A stretch of DNA of 59,229 nt, filler included, from Sphacelaria rigidula (taxonomy: Eukaryota): the NCBI GenBank assembly GCA_964200075.2. It is 10 parts of 10 records of this genome, joined end to end, with 100 filler letters (N's around TTAATTAATTAA, not from the genome) between each part and the next. Parts side by side here need not be neighbours in the genome. Positions count along the whole stretch, not along the records: positions 11,869 to 17,701 come from CAXNAA020024100.1; positions 17,802 to 23,634 come from CAXNAA020024101.1; positions 23,735 to 29,567 come from CAXNAA020024102.1; 7 more parts are not named here. One strand, written 5' to 3'. A program made the translations under genes and the position numbers. The stretch's first letter is position 1. Each line of letters starts with the position of its first letter. The notes under the pieces are model-generated. The model was not told where the DNA came from, ran no database searches, and saw only the letters and a list, made by a program, of their open reading frames with translations. Below, in pieces: positions 14,303-23,795 of this stretch.

Positions 14303-14365
14303 AGCAAACACGCAGAGAGGAATCACCACGAGCTGGATTGACGGCCTGTGTAGTCTGTCTAGTCC

Positions 14366-14724
14366 GTGTGTGTGTATTGTTGTCCCATTTATTCTGGACG
14401 CCAGTCTACACCTTTCGGTATACGTGGGCGCACCAACCGGAGTCACACAGGAGGATGATCAACACAGCAGTTTTTTTCCTTCTTTGTTTACTTTTAATTC
14501 CCCACCTTCCTTATGCGATGCTTGCCTTTATTTTTGTCGCGAGAGAGGTGTAGCAGTCCCTTTCCCTCGTCGACCATGACGTCGAATTTTTAGTACCCAC
14601 GACATAGTCGCTCTCCACTGTTGGGCATAGTGTGAGAAAAATCCCAGATCGCTCCGAGATTCGAATCCACGACCCAACCGTCAGAAGGTTTCGAGGTTAC
14701 CAACTGAGCAACCGGGGCGACCGG
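14366..14724 (-). mobile_element. tRNA-derived SINE, full length
   Basis: Minus-strand head GGTCGCCCCGGTTGCTCAGTTGGTAA (A box) ... GGATTCGAATCTC (B box); (AC)n-like tail. Homologous to 48663-49035. Confidence 0.8.
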
Positions 14725-14746
14725 CGGTGTCACTGTATGTAATCAA

Positions 14747-14913
14747 CCCTTAGACCGCGATGCGGATAGTCCATCTGGAACATGCACACTTTTTTCAAGT
14801 GAAATTGATGCCGATTCAGCAGGCGACCTACCCTTGCGGTCAAAGGTAACCCTTTCACCGCGATGCGGGTAGTCCATCTGGATCACACATTTTTTTTAAG
14901 TGAAATTGACGCC
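14747..14913. mobile_element. piggyBac-like mini-MITE (14747-14846) with an abutting second left end (14850-14913)
   Basis: TCAA-CCCTTAGACCGCG...GCGGTCAAAGG-TAA-CCCTTTCACCGCG. Homologous to 57012-57108. Confidence 0.75.
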
Positions 14914-15405
14914 AGTGTAAGCAATAAAAGCGGTGGGCAGTTTCGTGCAAGATTATTTGTGTATCGTAGACAACAACAGAAGTCTACAGTAGACAGTGTA
15001 ACAGAAGCCTACAATAGAAAGAGTAGTGATCAGCCGCTTGCTGGGGGTTTGGTACTATTTTTTCAAGTGAAAGTGTTACAGTTATGGGGGTGAGTGAAGG
15101 CCTTACCGACCAAAAATCCGTTTCCCGCAAAAAATAAAATGAATGCGGAGGGATATTGAAGACGTAATGAAAACGTCATGGACTGTTCGGACCTGTGCCG
15201 AACCTGTGCGGAGCATAATACTCGCTCTATCCCAATTTACCTGGGTTTAGTATGGGACAGATATAACTTTTTCATCGCAATTATCTCGAGACAGGAAGCA
15301 CAGTGGCCTCTGGAACTTCACAGCCCCCCGCACGCACACTAGACCTATTTAGCGTTTTAAGCGGATTTGCTCAATTCGCCACAGTGGATCCGAAAAGCCC
15401 CAGAT

Positions 15406-16140
15406 TCATTTTGATTGATTGATTGATTGTCGCATTTTAACTGACCCCCAGGGGTCCAGTCGTGGTCTCATGACAGACGTACCCAACAAAAACGAAACTG
15501 AAACACGCTTTAAGGAAGGAAAAAAAAAAAGAGGGGTCGAACAGAACGACAAAGCAGACAAAAGCAAAAAGAAAAAAAAAAAAAAAAAACAAACCACAGA
15601 CAAGGCAAGAANNNNNNNNNNATGTGAAAAAAAAAAAAACCCAAAAAAAAACAAACAGAAAACAGCAAAAAGAAAAAAAAAAAAAAAAGAGGGGTCGAAC
15701 AGAACGACATAGCAGACTAAGTCGTGACAAAAAGAAGAAATAAAAAGTCAACACAAGCAAAGCACAGAAATAAACGGCCGACCTGAAACAAGAAAAAGGA
15801 AAACAAGAGGAAAGTACCACACGTCGGACAGGTCATGATCTGTCTGAAAATTACTTCTTCTCAGTATACTGATTCGGATCATGATCCGTATCATCTGACC
15901 CTACTTTTCCATGTTTGCTCCTTACCGTGCCGGACGCTGAGCATGCCGAGTAGTGCGAAGGTTGCGCTTTGGCTTTACTGACTCCGCTGTCACATATTTC
16001 GTGTTTCTGGACCAACGAATTCGAGATTCTTCTTTCATTAGTTGTTTCAGACAGATCATGATCTGTCCGACGTATGGAAAGTACAAAGCAAATAAAATAA
16101 AATACAATAAAACGATGGGAAACAAAAAAAAGAGAGACTT
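15406..16140 (-). mobile_element. LINE 3' end interrupted by an hAT-like MITE
   Basis: (ATTG)n tail at 15412-15429, GAGACCACGA motif at 15460-15469, and an A-rich UTR that continues on both sides of the MITE. Confidence 0.6.
15818..16076. mobile_element. hAT-like MITE, 259 bp, 8-bp TSD GAAAGTAC
   Basis: 32-bp TIR CA(C/T)ACGTCGGACAG(G/A)TCATGATCTGTCTGAAA; GAAAGTAC at 15810-15817 and 16077-16084. CA...TG ends with an 8-bp TSD are typical of hAT. Confidence 0.85.
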
Positions 16141-17047
16141 AGGAACGTTGCAAGAAATGCATGTTCAGTACATTTCGTGTTTGGTTTCGTGTTTGGTTTC
16201 GTGTTTGGTGCAGCGGTTTGCAAAGTGCTGCGGCCTCCGCGGCACGCGTTACGGAGACCTGCTTGCAACACTTAATAGTTCTGGGGTGTGGGAAGCGCAT
16301 GCATCAAACCGCCGTCCAATCCTCTGCTTCTTTGCCGAGAAAATAGAGTTGGAAAATAAGCACATACTGCAGCAAGAGGGGCACAACAACAACACGAGCA
16401 GCAGTTTCTACCCTCCTGCTGTTGTAACCCTGTGCAGCGGTGTACAGCAACTTCAGTCACAGGTGTGTTGTAGAATGCACTCTGGCAACAGTACATTTTG
16501 TACGAGCGCCGTCGTCATTTCGAGTGACGCGTGTACTTGTGATTGATACTGATTGGCTCATTTAGGTTTTATCTCTTCCGCATTCAACTGACTGTGGAGT
16601 TGGTCGGTCCCTTTTCCAGGTGTATAGTGCCCAAAATCGGGTCCCAGTTGCCCCCACAACAGTTGACAGTGTAACATGAGTCTACAGAGGACAAAGTAGC
16701 GTTCAGTCGCTGGCTGGGGGTTCGGTAGTATTTTTTCAAGTGAAAGTGATAAGTGAAGAGATGTTTCCGATGCAGTGACAGCCACGGCCGTTTTTTGTGA
16801 AACACTGTTCCGCCCTTTTTTTGTCACGACTTGCAGTGATAGAATAGTTACGCACCGGTCATACTTGGGCGTGCAAAAATAGAACAAAACGAACCAGAGA
16901 ACCGGGCAGTTTGCGGTCAAAGGGTCTGACTTGCCATGAACTTGCAAAAAGAGGAACTGATGAAGATTTTTTCTGATGCAGTGACAGCCCCGGCCGTTTT
17001 CTGTGAAATACTGTTCTACCCTTTCTTTGCGATAAATCGCCTCCAGC

Positions 17048-17701
17048 TTAACCCTTAGACGACGAGCGTCGCCTCGGAACAGTTGTACAGACTGACAGTT
17101 CCGAGACATCCCGGGGTTTCCAGAGCTCGGGGGGGTGGGTTTTGAGGGGCAGGGGAGGGTGTCTCTCCGCGGATCATCGGAGAAGCTCACGGAGTCAACC
17201 ATGTGTGTTTGGAAGTTTTCCGAGGAAAAGTATGAGCCGTGCGCGAGGTCCGAGAGGCGCGGGATGACCATTCTGACCAATCACGGTCGTCAAAATGAGC
17301 ACTTTCGTTACGGTAGAGGTAGACACCTGGTAGGCACATTCGCTGTCTACCCTCATAACTCATTTTGAGCATGCCAAATCAACCATAGATTATATAACCA
17401 AAAAGTAGGTGTTCGAGCATCTTCGGTACGCTGTGTCGGTCTGTTCAGTACTACCTGAGCGTCGTACTAGCTCCACACCTCCATCTGGTATCAAAGGTCA
17501 TGGCGCAACACGCGAGCTGCGGCCACGAGTACCCGACGCACGTAGATGTAGACAAGTACTTCGACGGTGAGGCGACCGCCACCGCCGAGCAGTTGCTCTA
17601 CGGTAGCCAGGGGTGTTCGCGGCGGTAGTCATGGTGCGACATCCAAACGCATGCTGCGTACACGCGGCACGTTCCACACTGTAAGATCCAGTACGCTGCA
17701 C
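17048..17701 (+). mobile_element. piggyBac-like element, terminus plus probable internal sequence up to the contig end
   Basis: TTAA-CCCTTAGACGACGAGC..., identical to the inverted end at 11869-11964. Extent beyond 17147 is inferred. Confidence 0.65.
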
Positions 17702-17801
17702 NNNNNNNNNNNNNNNNNNNNNNNNNNNNNNNNNNNNNNNNNNNNTTAATTAATTAANNNNNNNNNNNNNNNNNNNNNNNNNNNNNNNNNNNNNNNNNNN
17801 N

Positions 17802-17873
17802 CAACAACGATCTGACTCGAAACTTCGAGCAACAAATGGCCCAAAATACCCCCCCCCTATCGTAGGATGACTC
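17802..17873. mobile_element. Opposite end of TIR element family B
   Basis: AATACCCCCCCCCTATCGTAGGATGACTC TIR with a different subterminal sequence from 1-107 and 23515-23634. Confidence 0.65.
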
Positions 17874-19703
17874 GGTTATTGTCCCTTATCATTATCATGT
17901 ACTTTTCCCGGGGTTTACATGTCGGCTCGACGGGTTGGCGGTTTGTACCATTTCCGTTACATTCGTCACCGACTTCGTGCATGCTGTCCTTGAAACAATG
18001 ATACGCGTGAATGCCAGAGGTACATCAGGCGATCGAGTGTCGCCCTCGGTTATTATGCGTGGCTCCATGACACCTGCTGTTGTTTATGACGGGGTATTTT
18101 CCGCTCCAACTAGTACTGCCATTTCACTTCGTGGTGGCACACTGCATTGTTTGTGAGAAAGTGGAGCAGGGTTAGAACATTTCACACCGAGTTTAGAACA
18201 GTATGTTGTTTCAGTGTGTTGCACCTTGTGAGCCCTGTTGTTTTCAATGCGATGCTTGGGTTTTCAAACTGGAATCACGAAATGTTCGTTCTTCCGTCCG
18301 CCAGTCGAGTACAGAGTAAAGTACTGAAAGCACTCATAATGGAGTTGTCTAGTAGTAGACAATCCGATCCCAAATGAGGTAATACAAACGTCTTTACTGG
18401 TGGAGTGTTTTATACCTAACGTAAGCTCGAAACGAATCAACCCCAGGATTTTTATGCGGGAGCCGTCCGCGTTTCTGAGATCAATATATCCCGGCGGTAC
18501 TGGGTTTATACCAGCTGCCATGATGGCCGGGTGTTCATCTATGAAGTTTTTGCTGATACACGGCACATCTGCTGCGGAATCGATTGTGAGTTTTTCAGCG
18601 GGGGTGCCGTTTACTCTGGCTGCGACTCTCACACGGGTTGATGCACAGAATAGCGCTAGGGGCGCATCCGTATACCTGACGACCGATGATGCGTTGTATG
18701 AGTCATAACAGTGGTCGTCCAAGATCGGGTTGAAAAAAGGAAGACTGGTGGGTCGATTTGGAGTCAACAGCCCCTGCTTACAACATTGTTGTTCTTTCCT
18801 GGCTGCCGATTGAACTCGTGTCAGCGCGGGATGTAACGTTACCGATTCATTGGGGTACGGCGCAGAATGTAGCATGATGAGAGCCTCAACGAGTTGAGCT
18901 TCATGTTCGACGATGATGGCCCTTCGTGTGGTGTATTGCTTTTTCCACGGCTGCTCTGAAGGTTGCTTCGGAACCAACTCTCATCGTGCTCTTTCCAGCT
19001 TCTGCTCCTAGTATGTACTTTCACATCACAACTGACGGCTGTTTTGATGCCCCTCTGCAGGAGTGAGTTACTGTACTGACCAAGAAACCCGCATCTCTCC
19101 GATATGTTTCTTTCACCAGGCGGTTGATTTTTCTCTCTATTTCATGCGTGATGAGGTGTGGAATCTTGAACTGTCTGTAGTTTTCAACTCCTCTCACGGT
19201 TGTGCATTCGTAGGTTGGGTAAATTAAATTGTTAGTGCTATTTCGAGTCACCGCGTTCCAGAGGTCGGCCTGCTTGATTAAATACAGTGCCTTTCGCACT
19301 ACGGTTGTGAAAGGTTGGTTGATAAGCGTTGTTTCGCTGTTCATTAGCCATCCTGGTGACATGATGTACGCTGATGAGACTAATTTCGCGTTTTCGCTGT
19401 TTGACTAGCCATACAGGTGACATGTACTTCACACTGAGGAATCAAACTTCGCGTTTCGCTGTTTGATTAGTCATGCGGGTGACATATAAATGCGCACTGA
19501 GGGGGCTAATCTCGCGTTGATCCAAGCACATGACTCCAATAACCTCTCAACTCGCATAATTACGCACATGACCTATGCGTTTCACCTGGAGTAGCGTTCC
19601 TTGGAGGACCCTAGTGTTTCCGGTGTCGGGGAGCAGTCGGTTCTCGTCCTAGTTTTTTACTCCTAAGGCCTGTCTTGCCTGAGTTATGTTCCGGTGTCGC
19701 CAA
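17874..19703 (-). pseudogene. Degenerate Ty3/gypsy 5' internal region: PBS, gag remnant, aspartic protease
   Basis: Protease VAARVNGTPAEKLTIDSAADVPCIS...NADGSRIKILGLIRFELTLG (ORF 18264-18977), frameshifting into VLPHLGSDCLLLDNSIM. PBS TGGCGACACCGGAAC at 19688-19702. Confidence 0.8.
19332..19518. repeat. Three ~62-bp tandem repeats within the gypsy leader/gag region
   Basis: TTTCGCTGTT...TAGYCAT...GGTGACAT...CTGA...TCGCGTT repeated three times. Confidence 0.75.
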
Positions 19704-20080
19704 TGTGAGGAAGGCGTATCGCTGGAGTAGTCAGAGACCTACGGGGGAGACTGCCGTCCTGATGCCGAAGGAACTCCGAGGCTGGCGATGATTTCCTCTT
19801 GTATATCCAGGCAAAGAAGTTGGGTCAGACGAGAAGTGGTCGCCAGGGACGACCGGTTCCGTGGGGGATGTTGGACCGTCCTAATATCAGGTTCTTCTTG
19901 GCATCACCCCCGAGTTGTCTAGTTTCGTTGACATTACAGGATCTTCGCTAATCTGGTCCGTCCGGACCGTTCTTACCTTGTACCTACCTGCCTGCGCTGG
20001 TTCTTCACACATGTGTGGCATCAGTCTCTGATACGTCACTGCAAAGAGGAGTCTTCCACACATATCTGTTGATATATCAG
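19704..20080 (-). mobile_element. 5' LTR of the gypsy element (outer boundary approximate)
   Basis: Minus strand ...CCTCACA-T-TGGCGACACC (LTR end plus PBS). Patchy similarity to the LTR at 53980-54346. Confidence 0.6.
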
Positions 20081-20236
20081 GAGTTCAGCAACGATCCATA
20101 CTCGTAGCTCCAATGAAAGCCCTGAATGTGGGCAACAGATGTAATATATCTATTATTCCCCATCGCGACGGTATCTGTCATGAATTTCCTTCTGAAGATG
20201 GAGCGAAAGCTGTTCGAAATTTACAGGGGTCTACAG

Positions 20237-20850
20237 GTTACACGTTCACGTTCACGTTAGTGTGATGCTATGGTAGGGGTGCACAAATATTTTCTGGTTG
20301 TATAACTGTTAAGGGCCCTGTATCTCATCCAAAGCACGACTTATGAAGTATGTGAGAGTACGCCAGGATTACTATCCTAATGTACTAGGGACATCCCGAA
20401 TAAATTTGCAAGCGGGGATGCCCTGACCCATATTCTTGTGCATCTAGAATCGTCAGGAGCCTCTGAACCAGACAAGATTTTGTGCAAAAAGTGCACCCCT
20501 ACCGTAGCATTGCTCGTTACCTACATCACGTAAAATGTTTTTGACGTTCACGTTACGTTGCGTATGTCACGTTAAAAACAATCTAACGTTACGTTAACGT
20601 TTCACTTGGAAATTTAACATTAGGTTCACGTTACGTTCATCACGTAAAAAAGAATCAACGTTACGTTTCGTGACATGTACGTTATATGAAACGTTTCAAT
20701 GTCACGTGTAACGTCTAATATAACGTTACGTTTACACGTGTAACGTTCGGATGTAACGCTTCATTTTGTGCATGTCGCGGCTCACTTACCAGTGTTGAAG
20801 GCGTTATGCAACGTGTAGTGTAATGCGTGATGTTACCGTGTACGTGACGC
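20237..20850. repeat. ACGTT/TAACGT-rich low-complexity repeat, interrupted by MITE A
   Basis: Dense CACGTT/TACGTT/AACGTT words at 20237-20259 and 20516-20850. Confidence 0.7.
20260..20515. mobile_element. MITE family A, full copy with perfect 4-bp TSD GTTA
   Basis: GTTA(20256-59)-GTGTGATGCTATGGTAGGGGTGCAC...GTGCACCCCTACCGTAGCATTGCTC-GTTA(20516-19). Confidence 0.9.
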
Positions 20851-22392
20851 CGACGGTGACCCGTCGGCTACTTCTCATGTATGAAAAACCTCTATAAAGA
20901 TGCATTTTCTGATGAATCATCAAAACCCAATCCTAGTATGATCAGCAAACGCGTTTTTTTATCGAACCTTTCCTGGTGACATTTTCTGATAGCTTTGGGC
21001 TATCGAAACTTCCATCGAAAACGCGTTCGAAACCCCGCCGCACGCCAACACACCCTCTAGCCCACGACAGCAGTCATGGTGGCTTGGCTGCCACCACCAC
21101 TGCTGTCACTGGTGCTCGCGGGCAATCATCATGTTGCTTCACTCTCCTTCGCTCGCCAGTGTCATGGCGGCCCTTTACCTCATGAGAACAGCACAGAGCA
21201 GGGTCGACGACGAGTGCTGTACGAACACTCTGTATGTAGTTTGCACAGATAGTAATGTAGCTCGCAGTTCGGCTCCACGCTCATAGGGTAACCTATGCAT
21301 AGATGTGCGCGACTTGATTGAAGTATAGGACCCGTATATTTTTTCAAGTCATGATCTACAAAACGCCTACCAACCCAATAATTCATTGATGTGCATTGAC
21401 GTGCATCGCCAATCAGAGCTCACAGAAGAGAGAAGTACGGCAGGAAGGTGCCGCGGCGCTGTTGAATTGATGGCGCAGCCGTGTGAGCCGCAGGGCGGTT
21501 TGGATAGCGATTTCTTGTCTGTTTGGAGAGATGCATCACTAGCGCACCCACTGCAGGCAACATATCGGCACCACACCGAACGATGGAGTTAGCTACTGTA
21601 TGCACAACCCGCAAATACCCTTCGTGTAGTCTTCTTAGATTGCGTATGTGTGTCGAAAGCAATGGGTTGTGCTGTTGGCGTCAAGTGCGGTCGCCGTTTG
21701 CAGACAAACCCAGGAGAATTTGACTTGCTCTCGAAGTGAAGAGCAGGAAAAATCCAGTACTTCCAGTAACCTACCTGCCTGCTGTGCTGCACAAGCTGCA
21801 CGCTACGGCACCGTCTGAGCGCACGACTGACAGAAAGCAAGCGTACTTGATGTATGCAAACCTGGCATTGAGCGTTTGAGTGCCTCTTGTTTTGTTCGAC
21901 GGCGATCTACTGCCGCTGACGACCCCCGCAACAGCAAGGATTTAAATCCTGAGCGACTATCCAAACATAACACAGCTGCCCAGCTGTCTGCGCAGATACA
22001 ACAGTAGATCACAGCAGACATGAAGCAGGTAGTTCCTCCAGGCAAAAAAAACATGTGACTGTGATCTAGAATACATGTTGCAACGAAGCCACGCAATGAA
22101 TGGCACATTTATGTATCTCCTGCTTGATCATTTCTGCAGTCGGTGTGTTCATCTTTTTGTGTGTACTAATACTGAGAAAGTTGGGGTCGAGATCTAGGGA
22201 TTTTTAGGGGGTCAGTGTGGAGCGTACCGGGGTATCGGCGCGGCAGAGGGCTGGAACGTTGGAAAGGGTGGTGAAATACGATCAGGAGGCCTTGACTAAG
22301 AGTCGGGACTATCTACTAATAGTATCAAGTTCCAGCGATGGCGATGGCGGGTAACTTTTCCTTCTTGGACATAGTCCGCCCCCCCCCCGAAA

Positions 22393-22548
22393 TGTGTTGT
22401 GATTGCCTTAGCATCCCATGTATTTTGGACGCCAGTCTACCTTTGGCAACATGTGAGCGCATCTGCCAGGGTCGCACAGGAGGGAGGTCAGCACAGGAGT
22501 TTTCTGCTTACCTTATTTTTTTTCTTACTCCACCTTCCTTGTGCGGTG
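22393..22548 (-). mobile_element. tRNA-SINE, 3' fragment
   Basis: TCCCATGTATTTTGGACGCCAGTCTAC...CCACCTTCCTTGTGCGGTG matches the SINE body. Confidence 0.75.
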
Positions 22549-23189
22549 GAATAGGGGCAAATTACCACCATCACCGCGCGGAATAATTATTTCTCGATTT
22601 TTGGCCCATACAGGGTAATGCGCGAGCTGGAAACACAAAAAAACAATTTCAACTGAAGACCGCAAACTATTTTATTAAAATTATCGCGTACGCATCGGAC
22701 ACGGTCAAAGGCCCGTGCATGCGTAAAATACGTGACTCATGGCACAGAGGAAGTATGTAGTTACCGGTCGATCACGTCTTTGCCTTTCCGACTGCCCTTC
22801 CATTCCACAAAGAGGTCACGAGAAAAATACCTACCGTAGTTTTGAACGACATTCACGCGCAGCCAGCACCATCCTGCCGTTCATTTATGCGGGATCCTTC
22901 CTTGGCATGGGACCGAGAGACGGACAACCCATCCGATGCTGCTTCTTTTTGTAGTACTTCGAAGTATGAAACAAACTCTCAAAAGAGTCTAAAATATAGC
23001 GAATTCAGTGCGAATTTTCGCCAGAATAAGGGGTTCGGCGGGTTGTGCCACCTCAGAAAGACTTGTCGCTGCACTCCCTTCGAGGGCTCCAGCGCACTCT
23101 TTCGATCTTTAGTGTGCCCAGTTTGACTTGAGGCCGGGTGAAGGTTTTCTTAAGCAACCCCGAAATCATACTACCATGTTTCTTTCTCT

Positions 23190-23283
23190 GAGATCATTAT
23201 CATTATCGCACATTGGCCTGGTCTCTCGAACCCGTGGTCACAGACGTGGGCTCTCGCTTTCCAGTGCCGTCACCACTCTCCTT
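23190..23283 (-). mobile_element. LINE 3' end
   Basis: Minus strand GTCTGTGACCACGG...GCCAATGTGCGATAATGATAATGAT. Confidence 0.55.
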
Positions 23284-23384
23284 TGCATGAGATAGAAGCG
23301 CCCATTAAGCGGCTTCGTCTAAGACTCCGAAAACAAAGTAAAATAAAAATTATTCATAAAGAGATAGACGTCAAATGGAGACCC

Positions 23385-23514
23385 GAGCAATGCTACGGTA
23401 GGGATGCACCTTTTGCGCGAAATTTTGTCTACTTCAGGGGCTCCTAACGATTCTAGATGCACAAGAATGTGGGTCAGGACATCCCCGTCTGCACATTCAG
23501 CCGGGATATCCCCA
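23385..23514. mobile_element. MITE family A, half copy interrupted by family B
   Basis: GAGCAATGCTACGGTAGGGATGCAC...CGGGATATCCCCA, then the family B TIR. Confidence 0.8.
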
Positions 23515-23634
23515 GAGTCATCCTACGATAGGGGGGGAGGGTATTTGGTTGCACGAAAAAAGAGGCTCATAGTTGTGTCAGACATCCTTCCACACTTTCG
23601 TTGCGCTTGTATTCGGTTCCAAACGGTGTCAGGG
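23515..23634 (+). mobile_element. TIR element family B end, nested in MITE A, truncated at the contig end
   Basis: GAGTCATCCTACGATAGGGGGG...; reverse complement of 1-107. Confidence 0.75.
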
Positions 23635-23734
23635 NNNNNNNNNNNNNNNNNNNNNNNNNNNNNNNNNNNNNNNNNNNNTTAATTAATTAANNNNNNNNNN
23701 NNNNNNNNNNNNNNNNNNNNNNNNNNNNNNNNNN

Positions 23735-23795
23735 CTTATCCCCGTCCTGTTTCGCCGTCTCTGGCCACCATCTATCTCCTAGTATAGCCATCGAA
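23735..23795 (-). mobile_element. LINE ORF2 C-terminal fragment
   Basis: MAILGDRWWPETAKQDGDK overlaps the peptide at 47874-48056 (RRTQTAEQERDK). The LINE assignment is from recalled family similarity. Confidence 0.55.

Noticed and set aside
14640..14724. tRNA gene (also 48960-49035)
   Set aside because: A/B boxes are present but there is no clean cloverleaf, and both continue into a shared ~280-bp body: SINE heads.
15406..15820. Lys- or Phe-rich ORFs (also 876-1187, 47414-47650)
   Set aside because: Translations of A/T-rich LINE UTR sequence, some containing N gaps.
16558..17280. 240-aa ORF as a piggyBac transposase
   Set aside because: It runs across the element terminus and TTAA site and shows no transposase motifs.
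20849..20890. Helitron 3' end
   Set aside because: The hairpin is not followed by CTRR at the expected distance.
17802..23634. Whole contig as one family-B element
   Set aside because: The element bodies extend off both contig ends, so these are ends of two separate copies.
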